From: an uncultured Chloroflexia bacterium
Lineage (GTDB): Bacteria; Chloroflexota; Dehalococcoidia; DSTF01; JALHUB01
DNA: 64,000 nt
NCBI GenBank assembly: GCA_963726245.1
Contig: CAVSBT010000015.1
Location: forward strand, 192,001-256,000
Direction of reading: 5' to 3'
Made by a program: the position numbers and the translations under genes. Each line of letters begins with the position of its first letter. Within the stretch, counting starts at the first letter, position 1. Below the pieces are notes generated by a model. The model did not search any database, was not told the origin of the DNA, and was given only the letters and a program-made list of their open reading frames with translations. Below, one piece after another: positions 54,315-63,639 of this stretch.

Positions 54315-55049
54315 CCTAATCCGCTAACATGGCCCCCATCTTCCATGTTCGCACGTCAGGGCGGCGACCGCGGGCGGTGTGGCCTGCCGTCCCGTGCCGC
54401 GGTCATTCTGCTCCCCGCGGTGACACGCGTCGACGCCCACGCTTGCCCGCATCGGAACTCACGTCGCCATCGCGAGGAGGGCGCGAGCCCTAGCCGCCCC
54501 GGCCCCCAGGCCCGGGCCGGAAGCGCTATTTGAACGTGAAAGTACTGCGCACTATAACTCTTACGTTAAGTACAACTCCTGCGCTGGGGTTTCTGCCTGG
54601 GCGGCTCTTATGTGGCCGGCCGGCCGGAGCGGATGGCTCAGAGGAGTCGGCTGTGCCTACCGGCGGAACGTCCACCATGGGCTCGACCGGTTTCTCGGCT
54701 GGCTGTGGGCCGTCGAGGCCGACGGTCGGCGCTCCTTCTGCAATGTGGTCCGGGTTCTGAGCGTCCCGGAGCGGCCGCAACAGCGGCCTCGGTGGCGATG
54801 GGACGGCATTGGCAGCCAGATGGCGGCGAAGGTTGTTATGTCATGTTACGCTGGCGGAGCCCGCGCGGCCAGCTCCGGCTTGCGGGCGTATTGTGCGCTT
54901 GCTATTATACCGTCGGAGCGGGCCGGAGCTGGGCTGTGATGGGTCCGCAGGGTTGTCCGGGGCTGGGATTGCCTAGAACGGGTGTGCTGGCTTCAGATGT
55001 GACTCCCCTATCGCAGGTCGATTGCCAAGGGGGTTGTCTTTCGCTCCAG

Positions 55050-55124
55050 GGCGACGTGGCCAAGTGGTTAAGGCGGGGGTCTGCAAAACCCCTATCGCCG
55101 GTTCGAATCCGGCCGTCGCCTCCA
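55050..55124 (+). tRNA. tRNA-Cys (GCA)
   Basis: ggcgacgtggccaagtggttaaggc...ctGCAaa...gttcgaatcc...gtcgcctCCA. Confidence 0.97.
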
Positions 55125-55188
55125 TTCGATCCCACCGGCTCAGGACCACCCCGGTTCTGAGCCCGTTCTTTGTGGAGGTCGACCAGCG

Positions 55189-55213
55189 GTGGAGGGCTGA
55201 AGCCCTCCGCTAC
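55189..55213. repeat. REP-like palindrome between the tRNAs
   Basis: gtggagggctgaagccctccgctac is the reverse complement of the 17410 unit. Confidence 0.8.
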
Positions 55214-55235
55214 GGCGGTGACGGCGGGGTTTCGT

Positions 55236-55324
55236 GCCGGGGTGGCGGAACTGGCAGACGCAGCGGACTTAAAATCCGCCGTTCCGTAAGGGACATGCGG
55301 GTTCGAGCCCCGCCCCCGGCACCA
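55236..55324 (+). tRNA. tRNA-Leu (TAA)
   Basis: gccggggtggcggaactggcagacgc...ctTAAaa, long variable arm, gttcgag...cccggcaCCA. Confidence 0.97.
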
Positions 55325-55545
55325 ATATAACGAACCCGGGGCCGCATCATGGCGCCGTGGATGCGAACTCGCCTCTGCCTTGGTCGCGCCGCACTCCCAA
55401 TGGCGTCGACCGTGCCCCTCGCAATTCTCTCCCCTTCGTAGCTGACGATCTGCACGATCCCTTCCGACAATACTACAGGAGGGTTTGCATGACGCATTGC
55501 CTCTTGTTCGACACGGCCAGAAGGCCGCCGGTATGACCTAGGTAG

Positions 55546-57789
55546 GTGATGAGAGGGATGTGGCGACGCCTAGTGGCCCCCTGCAAAGTCCTTAGCCTGA
55601 GGTCATTCCGAGGGCGGTCCATTCTGGCAGGTCTCGCGCTACTCCTGCTATTGGCAGGTGTGGCAGGAGTGGCTCTCTGGCGCGCTCAAAGCGAGCAAAG
55701 CGCACGCCGCTCACTGGAGCGGAGGGCCCTCGCACTCGCCTCTCTCGAGAGTGCCCGCGCTCAGCTCTTTCTTTCGGCCACGTTCACTGCCATTGCAGTA
55801 TTCGCAGACGACCCCGCGCCGCTCGTCGACCAGTATCGGCAAGGTCACATTTCGGTCACCAAGGACATACAGGATGCTCGAGACAAGCTGCTTGCCGCCG
55901 GAGGGCCGGATGAGGCCGCCCCACTGGATGCGGCGGCCGGAGAGGTGGAACAGCTTCTGGGAGAAGCAGACGCAGTCATGGCCTCTTTCCTCACTTCGAG
56001 CAGGGAGGCAAGGTTAGCGACAGCGCAACAAACCCAGGAGAAGCTCTGGCCTCCGGCCGCAGGAGTGATCGCCGAGCTGGAGCAACTGGCGCAGGAACAA
56101 GAGGCCATGCTGTCCGCCGAGCGAGCGGCGGTGGACCGCACCTCAGACTCTACCCTTGGGCTGTTGATCGGGTTTAGCGCGTTTGCCTTCTTGACAGCGT
56201 CTCTGGCACTCCTCACGCTCCTTCGCTCGGTGACACGCCCGCTCGCCGAGCTTCGATCGCGGGCCAGAGAGATCACGTCAGGGAACCTCGAGGCCAGAGT
56301 TAACGTGTCCGGCCCAGAGGAGGTAGCTTCCCTGGCGCACGACTTCAATGAGATGACGGAGACCCTGCTCGACAGGACGGCGCGGCTCCAGAAATCCGAG
56401 CGTCGGTTCCGCGATGTCCTGGAGGTCTCCCGCGACCTGATCTACAAGTTGAACCTGCAAACCCGCACCTACGACTACGTCAGCCCATCCGCTGTCCAGC
56501 TACTGGGCTTCACGCCCGAAGAGATCACTGCGATGGGCGTTGAGGGAGTCAAGGAGAGGTTCCATCCTGACGACAGGAAGAGGCTCCGGCCATCCCCGCG
56601 CGACCTGCCGGATGACGCTCCTGAGGGCCGCATGGCCGCGACAATTGAGTACCGGTTCAAGCGCAGGGACGGAGAGTACCGCTGGTACAGCGATGACCGC
56701 GCCTTCGTACGCGCCGAGGATGGGACGCTGCTGGCTTTGGTGGGGACAGTCCGCGACATCACCAACCGCAAGGCAGCGGAGGATGCCCTGCGCGAGAGCG
56801 AGGAGAAGTTCCGCGTTCTCAGTGCCTCGGCGCCCATCGGCATCTTCTCAACGGACGCCGAGGGCAAGTTCATCTACGCCAACGAGCACTTGCTTGGCAC
56901 ATTTGGGTTGCGGCCCGAAGAACTACTGGGGCGGAGCTGGATCAAGAACATTCATCCGGATGACCGCCAAGCGACAGTCGAGCAGTCGCTGAAGGCAGGG
57001 CGTGAAAAGCGTACGTTCTCCTGGGAATACCGCATCTTGAGGGCAGGGGGAGAAGTACGCTGGGTTCGCACAGTGGCGAGTCCAATACTATCCAGAGACG
57101 GTAGTCCCGCGAGCTATGTGGGCGCCGGTGAGGATATCACTGAGGAAAAGCGGATCGAAGAGGACAAGCAGAGGGCCTTTGAGAACACGGTGATGCTGCT
57201 GGCGGTGGCCGCTGAAGCCCGCGACCCCTACACAGAGAGCCACCTGCTCAGGATCAGAGGCTTCTCAGAGGCGATAGCACTGGAACTGGGACTCAGCCGT
57301 CAGGAGGCTAGAGAAATAGGTCTTGGCTCGCTCCTCCACGATGTCGGCAAGATGCGAGTGCCGGACCCCATCCTTGCCAAGCCGGGGCCGCTCACGGCCG
57401 AGGAGTGGGAGATCATCAAGCAGCACCCCATATGGGGCCAGGACCTGCTGTCGTTGCAGCCCTCGCTGGAGACCGCTCGCCAGATCGCCCGCTGGCACCA
57501 CGAGAACTGGGATGGGACAGGATACCCGGACGGCCTGCGCGGCGAAGAGATACCCATCGGGGCCGCTGTCACCGCCGTCGCCGACTCATTCGACGCTATG
57601 ACGACCGAGCGGCCCTACAAGGACGCCTGGCCGCCAACACGCGCCGTCAAAGAGATCAGGCAGGGCAAAGGCCGGCGATACTCTCCCACGGTCGTGGAAG
57701 CGTTCGACCGCGCGCTGCGGAAGGGTGAGATCGAGAGAGTCGCGATGGCCAGCCCTCCCAGCATCTCAGACCTCGTCAAGGCCGCCTGA
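55546..57789 (+). CDS. Membrane sensor HAMP-PAS-PAS-HD-GYP phosphodiesterase
   Basis: Two TM, HAMP (EVASLAHDFNEM), two PAS/PAC (HPDDR), LLHDVGK, HHENWDGTGYP, FDAMTTERPYK. Confidence 0.92.
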   Translation: MMRGMWRRLVAPCKVLSLRSFRGRSILAGLALLLLLAGVAGVALWRAQSEQSARRSLERRALALASLESARAQLFLSATFTAIAVFADDPAPLVDQYRQGHISVTKDIQDARDKLLAAGGPDEAAPLDAAAGEVEQLLGEADAVMASFLTSSREARLATAQQTQEKLWPPAAGVIAELEQLAQEQEAMLSAERAAVDRTSDSTLGLLIGFSAFAFLTASLALLTLLRSVTRPLAELRSRAREITSGNLEARVNVSGPEEVASLAHDFNEMTETLLDRTARLQKSERRFRDVLEVSRDLIYKLNLQTRTYDYVSPSAVQLLGFTPEEITAMGVEGVKERFHPDDRKRLRPSPRDLPDDAPEGRMAATIEYRFKRRDGEYRWYSDDRAFVRAEDGTLLALVGTVRDITNRKAAEDALRESEEKFRVLSASAPIGIFSTDAEGKFIYANEHLLGTFGLRPEELLGRSWIKNIHPDDRQATVEQSLKAGREKRTFSWEYRILRAGGEVRWVRTVASPILSRDGSPASYVGAGEDITEEKRIEEDKQRAFENTVMLLAVAAEARDPYTESHLLRIRGFSEAIALELGLSRQEAREIGLGSLLHDVGKMRVPDPILAKPGPLTAEEWEIIKQHPIWGQDLLSLQPSLETARQIARWHHENWDGTGYPDGLRGEEIPIGAAVTAVADSFDAMTTERPYKDAWPPTRAVKEIRQGKGRRYSPTVVEAFDRALRKGEIERVAMASPPSISDLVKAA

Positions 57790-57938
57790 GCCGCTATTCA
57801 CCCTGCCAAGATACCAGTATCGATACGGCTGTCTTCTCTTCTCTCCTCGTACCTCTGGCACTTGCCTCGCCGACGGCAACGCCCCGATAATTGACGAAGA
57901 GATGACTCGGGAAACGACGTCCGCGCGCCGAATCCACC

Positions 57939-59168
57939 ATGCGCCACTCGGAGGCGGCCGACCGCGGCGCCGCGCCCAAGCCGCCCGTCGGCGATGTCGA
58001 CTTCAACCTCACCCCCTTCACGGTCGCCTGGGAGATAACCCGCGCCTGCGCCCTCAGGTGCGTCCACTGCCGCGCCGAGGCCCAGCCCAAGCGCGACCCG
58101 CGCGAGCTGACCACCGAGGAGGGCTTTCGCCTCATCGACCAGATCGCCGAGATCGGCGGGCCCATCCTGGTGCTCACCGGCGGCGACCCCATGATGCGGC
58201 GCGACATCTTCGACTTCATCAGGTATGCCGCCAAGGACCGCGGACTGCGGGTGGCCCTCGCGCCCAGCGCCACCGCCCTCGTCACCCGCGAGCGGCTGCG
58301 CAAGGCCCGCGACGCCGGCGTCACCCGCACGCACATCAGCCTGGACGGCGCCACTCAGGAGAGCCACGACGCCTTCCGCCAGACCCCCGGCTCCTTCCAG
58401 CGTACCCTGGAGATCATGGATGACCTGCGCGATCTGGGCATGTCGCTCCAGATCGGCGCCACCGTCAGCCGCCACAACCTGCACGAGCTGGACGCCATCG
58501 CCGAGGTCGCCGCCCGCTACGGCGCCGTGATGCTCAACTTCTTCTTCCTGGTGCCCACCGGCCGCGGCACCGCCGAGGACATGATCTCGCCGGAGGAGCA
58601 TGAGCGCGTCTTCAACTGGATGTATGACCTGGCGAAGACGGCCCCCTTCGACGTGCGCAGCACCGCCGCCCAGCACTACCGGCGCGTGGTCATCCAGCGC
58701 CGGCGCCAGGAGATGGCGGAGTCAGCGGCGCGCGGCGAGGAGTCAGCGGCCGGGCCCGGCGGCAGCATGCACCTCACCGGTGCCGGCTACAGCTTCGCCG
58801 GAGGGCTGGGCCAGTCGACCATGAAGGGCGTCAACGACGGCAACGGCTTCGCCTTCATCAATCACATCGGCGAGGTCTGCCCCAGCGGCTTCCTCCAAGT
58901 CCCCGCCGGCAGCGTCCGCCGCCAGAGCTTCGTCGAGATCTACCGCGACTCGCCGCTGTTCCGGGAGCTGCGCGACTACACCAAGCTCAAGGGCCGCTGC
59001 GGCGTCTGCGACTTCCGTGACGTGTGCGGAGGCTCCCGCGCCCGCGCCTTCGCCGTCACCGGCGACTACTTGGAGACGGAGCCCTACTGCATCTACCTGC
59101 CGCCCGCCTGGAAAGAGGCGGCGGCGGCGCCCTCGGGCGGAGTCACGCCCGTCGGCGGCAGGCGGTAG
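57939..59168 (+). CDS. Radical SAM/SPASM protein, AhbD/NirJ-like heme biosynthesis enzyme
   Basis: WEITRACALRCVHC, TGGDP, SPASM CGVC..VCGGSRARA; directly upstream of AhbA/B-like genes. Confidence 0.8.
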   Translation: MRHSEAADRGAAPKPPVGDVDFNLTPFTVAWEITRACALRCVHCRAEAQPKRDPRELTTEEGFRLIDQIAEIGGPILVLTGGDPMMRRDIFDFIRYAAKDRGLRVALAPSATALVTRERLRKARDAGVTRTHISLDGATQESHDAFRQTPGSFQRTLEIMDDLRDLGMSLQIGATVSRHNLHELDAIAEVAARYGAVMLNFFFLVPTGRGTAEDMISPEEHERVFNWMYDLAKTAPFDVRSTAAQHYRRVVIQRRRQEMAESAARGEESAAGPGGSMHLTGAGYSFAGGLGQSTMKGVNDGNGFAFINHIGEVCPSGFLQVPAGSVRRQSFVEIYRDSPLFRELRDYTKLKGRCGVCDFRDVCGGSRARAFAVTGDYLETEPYCIYLPPAWKEAAAAPSGGVTPVGGRR

Positions 59169-59171
59169 GCC

Positions 59172-59693
59172 GTGATCGACAGCCACACATCGGGCGGCCG
59201 CCGCGGCCGGCATCGCCCCGCGGCCGGTGCTCCCGTCGTGCTCGACCGCCGCGACCGCATCCTCCTCAACCACGCGCAGGGCGGATTCCCCGTCGTCTCG
59301 CGGCCCTTCGCCGCCCTGGGCGAGGCCCTGGGCATGAGCGAGGAGGAGGTGCTGTTCCGGCTGCGACACCTGCTGAAGGCGGGCGCTCTCAGCCGCTTCG
59401 GGCCAATCCTCAATGCCCGCCAGATGGGCGGCGAACGCACCCTGGCCGCCCTCCACGTGCCGCCTGAGCGCTTCGACCAAGTGGCGGCCTTCGTGAGCCG
59501 CCTGCCCACCATCTCCCACAACTACGAGCGCGACCACCACTACAACATGTGGTTCGTCGTCTCCTCGGACGACGAGGCCGAGGTGGAGCGCACTCTCCAG
59601 GCCATCGAGCAGGAGACGGGGCTGCGGCCGCTGAACCTGCCTGCCCTGGAGGAGTACTTCGTGGAGGTCAATCTCCAGTTGCCGGTGGAGTGA
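59172..59693 (+). CDS. ahbA: Siroheme decarboxylase alpha subunit (AhbA/NirD-G-like)
   Basis: QGGFPVVSRPF, RFGP, SHNYER..YNMWF. Confidence 0.8.
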   Translation: MIDSHTSGGRRGRHRPAAGAPVVLDRRDRILLNHAQGGFPVVSRPFAALGEALGMSEEEVLFRLRHLLKAGALSRFGPILNARQMGGERTLAALHVPPERFDQVAAFVSRLPTISHNYERDHHYNMWFVVSSDDEAEVERTLQAIEQETGLRPLNLPALEEYFVEVNLQLPVE

Positions 59694-60202
59694 TGGTGCT
59701 GACGGAAGAGGAACGACAGCTCCTTCTCGCCATCCAGGACGGCCTGCCCCTGGTGCCCGAGCCCTACCGGCAGGTGGGCGACCGCCTCGGCATGAGCGAG
59801 GAGCGGGTCATGGAGCTGGTGCGCTCCATGCTGGCGGAGGGCAAGATCAAGCGCCTGGGCGCCGTGCCCAACCACTACGCCCTGGGCATCCGCGCCAACG
59901 GCATGGCCGTCTGGGACGTCCCCGACGACCGCGTGTCGGAGCTAGGGCCGCGCCTGGGCGGGATGCCGGAGGTCACCCACTGCTACCGGCGCCCCCGCCA
60001 CCCGCCCGACTGGCCCTACAACCTCTTCGCCATGGTCCACGGCTACACCAGGGAAGAGGTGCTGGCCACCGTGCAGCGCATCGCCCGCGAGCTGGGCCTC
60101 GACGGCCTGCCGCACGAGGTCCTCTTCAGCACCCGCGTCCTCAAGAAGCAGGGTACACGCGTGCAGGCCCGCCTCGGGCGACCGGACGGGTCTGGCGACT
60201 AG
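59693..60202 (+). CDS. ahbB: Siroheme decarboxylase beta subunit (AhbB/NirH-like)
   Basis: GLPLVPEPY, NGMAVWDV, THCYRRP..WPYNLFAMVHG. Confidence 0.82.
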   Translation: MVLTEEERQLLLAIQDGLPLVPEPYRQVGDRLGMSEERVMELVRSMLAEGKIKRLGAVPNHYALGIRANGMAVWDVPDDRVSELGPRLGGMPEVTHCYRRPRHPPDWPYNLFAMVHGYTREEVLATVQRIARELGLDGLPHEVLFSTRVLKKQGTRVQARLGRPDGSGD

Positions 60203-60268
60203 CCAATTGCCAGCCCCGCGTCCCATCGCGCCAGCGGCGGCGAAACCGATTTCGGCAGGAGGCGTCAA

Positions 60269-60721
60269 GTGGAAGTCGAATGGTTGATCCTGGCTGACTA
60301 TGCCGAGATTATCGGCGGCAAGCTCTACCTGATGGGCGGAGGCTGGGACAGGTTGACCGTGAATACCGGCTTCCCGTTCACGAAACCGATTGGGCTGGCC
60401 GCCGCGTTCCGGGTGCCGTGGAACGAGACGAATCGACCGCAGAACGTCGAGATCGAGATCCAAACCGACGACGGGGACTCCATCGGCAAGATGGGCGCCC
60501 AGTTCGAAGTGGGACGACCGCCGGGCATGAAGCCCGGGCAGAACCAGCGCTTTCAGCTCGCCGCGAACCTGTCGCTGCCCCTGGCGGGGCCCGGAAGCTA
60601 CGTCGTTATCGCTCGCGTCGAGGGTCAGGAGGCAAGTCGGGTGCCATTCAACGTCACGGCTGGCCCCATGCTTCAGGCTCGACAGCAGCCGGGGAATCCA
60701 GAGCACGGCCCTGGCGAGTAG
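60269..60721 (+). CDS. Conserved hypothetical beta-rich protein
   Basis: WLILADYAE..GKLYLMGGGW..VPW; aggagg RBS. Confidence 0.75.
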   Translation: MEVEWLILADYAEIIGGKLYLMGGGWDRLTVNTGFPFTKPIGLAAAFRVPWNETNRPQNVEIEIQTDDGDSIGKMGAQFEVGRPPGMKPGQNQRFQLAANLSLPLAGPGSYVVIARVEGQEASRVPFNVTAGPMLQARQQPGNPEHGPGE

Positions 60722-60767
60722 TGCCTGGCAGGCGAGAACCCTCCTCTCCCGCCTGCAGCGAATCTCG

Positions 60768-60796
60768 TTGACAGCCCCTAGGGCATGACCTACAAT
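60768..60796 (+). promoter_or_regulatory. sigma70-type promoter
   Basis: TTGACA-N17-TACAAT. Confidence 0.75.
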
Positions 60797-60811
60797 CACA
60801 AGCGACACCAA

Positions 60812-61015
60812 GGGGTGACGGACGAGTTCCGCCTGCCGGCCGGGCCTAGTCGCACCGGCAGCCGGGACGCGAGGGATCGAGCCCAGGAGGGCGAATTCCG
60901 CGCCCGCGCGTGGAGAGGGCAGAGCTTCAGCCCCAACCCCACAGTCAACCTCGCAGGCGCCAGAAGGCATGCCCAGCGCGACGATAGCCCGGGGCTAGCG
61001 CTTTGGGCTTTCTGC
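60812..61015 (+). ncRNA. Divergent c-di-AMP (ydaO/yuaA)-like riboswitch plus terminator/antiterminator
   Basis: GAGTTCC..GGGAC-GCGAGGGAT, GGGCGAATTCC..GG-AGAGGGC..GCCC-CAACCCCACAGTCAACCTCGCAGGCG parallels the ydaO consensus; hairpin gcccagcgc..gcgctttgggc followed by tttct. Confidence 0.65.
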
Positions 61016-61049
61016 TATCGCGCTGCGGCTGCCTCCGGGAGGAGCGGCC

Positions 61050-62387
61050 ATGTACGGAACCCTCGCCATTGCTCCCAGGTCTATCCAGGACCTCGCGTCC
61101 ACCGTCGGCGATGAAGACCTCGCCGAACTCGCCCGCCTGGCCAGGCCCCTGCGCGGCCTCCGCATCCTCAACCTCAGCGTCACAGCCTTCGGCACCGGCG
61201 TGGCTGAACTGCTGAGCGCCTCCGTCCCCCTGATGACGGACCTGGGCCTGGACTGCCGGTGGCAGGTGGTGCGCACCAGCGAGGAGTTCAACCCCGTCAA
61301 CAGGGCCATGTACATGGCCCTGGGCGGCCGCCACGTCGACTGGTCTCTGGAGATGGTCGACGCCTGGCAGCGCTACAACGCCATGAACGCCGGCCTCCTG
61401 ACAGAGGACTTCGACGTGGTGGTGGTCCACGACCCTCAGCCCGCCGGCATCCGCTCCTTTGTCGATGAGCGCCGGCGCGCCGCCACCCGCTGGATCATGC
61501 ACTGTCACCTGGACGTCTCCAGCGCCCAGGAGGATGTCTGGCTCCTCCTCCGCCAGCACATCGAGGCCTACGACGCCATCATCTTCGAGACGGCGAGCTT
61601 CGCCAGGAGCGGCGTGCAGGCGCTCGGCATCGAGGTCATCCGTCCTGCTATCGACCCCGCCGGACCCCGGAACATGGGCCTGTCGCCGGAGTCTGTGGCA
61701 GCCATCGCGGAGCGCTACGGAATCGATACGCGGCGGCCTCTCCTCTGCCAGCTATCGCCCCTGGACGAGAGCTGCGACCCCATGGGGGCCATCGACGTCT
61801 ACGACCTGGCGCGAGAGGCGGTCCCCGACCTCCAGCTCCTGCTGGTGGCGACGGTGGTGCCCGAGGAGCCCCTGGCCCGCGCCAGCTTCGATGAGGTGGC
61901 CGGAAGGGCCATGGACTACAGCGGCGTCTCCGTCCTCTCCAGCCTCAACGAGGTCGGCAACGTGGAGATGAACGCTTTCCAGCGGGCGGCGGACGTGATT
62001 ATCCAGAAAGACCTGCGCCGGGGCTTCGGGCTCTGGATCTCCGATGCCCTCTGGAAGGAAAGGCCGGTGGTGGCTGCGCCGCGAACCGGCCTCCTGGAGC
62101 AGGTCGTCGACGGACAGACCGGATTCCTTGCCGAGAGCACCGAGGAGTTCAGCGGCCGCGTCGTCGCCCTCCTTCAGGACCGCGGCCTGGCGGCGAGACT
62201 GGGCGCCGGCGGCCGCCGTCACGTGCGAGAGAACTTGCTTATCACCCGATACCTCGCCGATTATCTGCGCCTGCTGGGCCGCGCTCACCGGGGCCTCGAG
62301 CTAGCGCCGAAGAGAGAAGAGCAGGATGCTTGGTTCCGTCCCCACCACACCGAAGTCGCTCCAGGACTACGTGCCTGTAATCGGTGA
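61050..62387 (+). CDS. TreT-like GT4 glycosyltransferase paralog with degenerate active-site motifs (3' end possibly frameshifted; real stop may be near 62304)
   Basis: TAFGTGVAELL, HDPQP, HCHLD; QLSPLDESCDP and QKDLRRGFGL replace QVSRFDPWKDP and QKSVREGFGL. Confidence 0.8.
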   Translation: MYGTLAIAPRSIQDLASTVGDEDLAELARLARPLRGLRILNLSVTAFGTGVAELLSASVPLMTDLGLDCRWQVVRTSEEFNPVNRAMYMALGGRHVDWSLEMVDAWQRYNAMNAGLLTEDFDVVVVHDPQPAGIRSFVDERRRAATRWIMHCHLDVSSAQEDVWLLLRQHIEAYDAIIFETASFARSGVQALGIEVIRPAIDPAGPRNMGLSPESVAAIAERYGIDTRRPLLCQLSPLDESCDPMGAIDVYDLAREAVPDLQLLLVATVVPEEPLARASFDEVAGRAMDYSGVSVLSSLNEVGNVEMNAFQRAADVIIQKDLRRGFGLWISDALWKERPVVAAPRTGLLEQVVDGQTGFLAESTEEFSGRVVALLQDRGLAARLGAGGRRHVRENLLITRYLADYLRLLGRAHRGLELAPKREEQDAWFRPHHTEVAPGLRACNR

Positions 62388-63627
62388 GGAGTTCGTCAGG
62401 GAGATCCGGGACCTGGCGGCTCCTCTCGCGGGCGCCCGCGTGCTCCACATCAACGCCACGGCCTTCGGCGGCGGCGTGGCCGAGCTCCTCGGCTCGCTGG
62501 TCCCCCTCATGAACGACGCCGGCCTGCGCGCCGACTGGCAGGTGATGAAGGGCAGCGACGAGTTCTACCAGGTCACCAAGGCCATGCACAACTCGCTCCA
62601 GGGCATGCTCATCGACTGGACGCCGCACATGCGGGAGGTCTGGCTCCACAACAACCTTCTCAACGCCCAGCTTTTCGACGAAGACTACGACTTCGTGTTG
62701 GTGCATGATCCACAGCCGGCGGCCATACTGAGCTTCATCGCCGAGCTACGGCGGCGCCACCCCGCCGGCCACTGGCTCTGGCGCTGCCACATCGACCTGA
62801 CACATGCCCAAGTTCAGGTGTGGGACACCCTCCGCCCCTACCTGGAGGGCTACGATGCCGCCATCTTTACCCTGGCAGATTATGTAAAGGAAGACCTGGG
62901 TGGCCCGCGGACGTTTGTCGTGCCGCCGGCCATCGACCCGCTGAGTCCGAAGAACGGAGATCTGCCGGAGGACGTGCAGCAGAGCATCCTCGCCCGCTAC
63001 GGCATCGATCCGGCCAAGCCCCTTCTCGTCCAGGTCTCCCGCTTCGACCCCTGGAAGGACCCCCTGGGCGTCATCGAGGTCTACCGCGCCATCAAGCGCG
63101 AGGTGCCCGACCTCCATCTGGTGCTTATAGCGTCTATGGCCCATGATGACCCCGAGGGCTGGGCGTGGTATGAACGCACTGTGCGCCGGGCCGGCGATGA
63201 CTACGACATCCATATCCTCTCCAACCTCAACGGCGTGGGGAACGTGGAGGTCAACGCCTTCCAGCGGGCAGCGGACGTGGTCATCCAGAAATCGGTGAGG
63301 GAGGGCTTCGGGCTGGTCGTGTCAGAGGCTCTCTGGAAGGGCCGGCCGGTGGTCGCCGGCAACGTCGGCGGCATTCCCCTTCAGATAGTGAACGGGAAGA
63401 CCGGCTACCTGGTGAGTACAGTCGAGGAGTGCGCCCAGAAGGTGCTATCCTTACTCAGGGACCCTGAGAAGGCGCACCAGATGGGAAGCGCTGGCCGGGA
63501 GTTCGTGCGGGACAACTTCCTCATCACCCGCTACCTGCGGGATTACCTGCGCATCTTCCGCGAGTTGAGGGGCATCGAGCCACTGCGCAAGGAGGGCGCC
63601 GCCACGGCAGCCCGAGTGCTGGAGTAG
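62326..63627 (+). CDS. treT: Trehalose synthase TreT-like GT4 glycosyltransferase
   Basis: HINATAFGGGVAE, HDPQP, WRCHID, QVSRFDPWKD, QKSVREGFGLVVSEALWK. Confidence 0.85.
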   Translation: MLGSVPTTPKSLQDYVPVIGEEFVREIRDLAAPLAGARVLHINATAFGGGVAELLGSLVPLMNDAGLRADWQVMKGSDEFYQVTKAMHNSLQGMLIDWTPHMREVWLHNNLLNAQLFDEDYDFVLVHDPQPAAILSFIAELRRRHPAGHWLWRCHIDLTHAQVQVWDTLRPYLEGYDAAIFTLADYVKEDLGGPRTFVVPPAIDPLSPKNGDLPEDVQQSILARYGIDPAKPLLVQVSRFDPWKDPLGVIEVYRAIKREVPDLHLVLIASMAHDDPEGWAWYERTVRRAGDDYDIHILSNLNGVGNVEVNAFQRAADVVIQKSVREGFGLVVSEALWKGRPVVAGNVGGIPLQIVNGKTGYLVSTVEECAQKVLSLLRDPEKAHQMGSAGREFVRDNFLITRYLRDYLRIFRELRGIEPLRKEGAATAARVLE

Positions 63628-63639
63628 GGGGTGGTTTCG

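Noticed and set aside
55050-55545. Integrated element at the tRNAs
   Set aside because: No integrase and no duplicated tRNA 3' end seen in the window.
59172-60202. Lrp/AsnC transcription regulators
   Set aside because: HNYER and HCYRRP motifs and the adjacent radical SAM gene indicate AhbA/AhbB siroheme decarboxylase.
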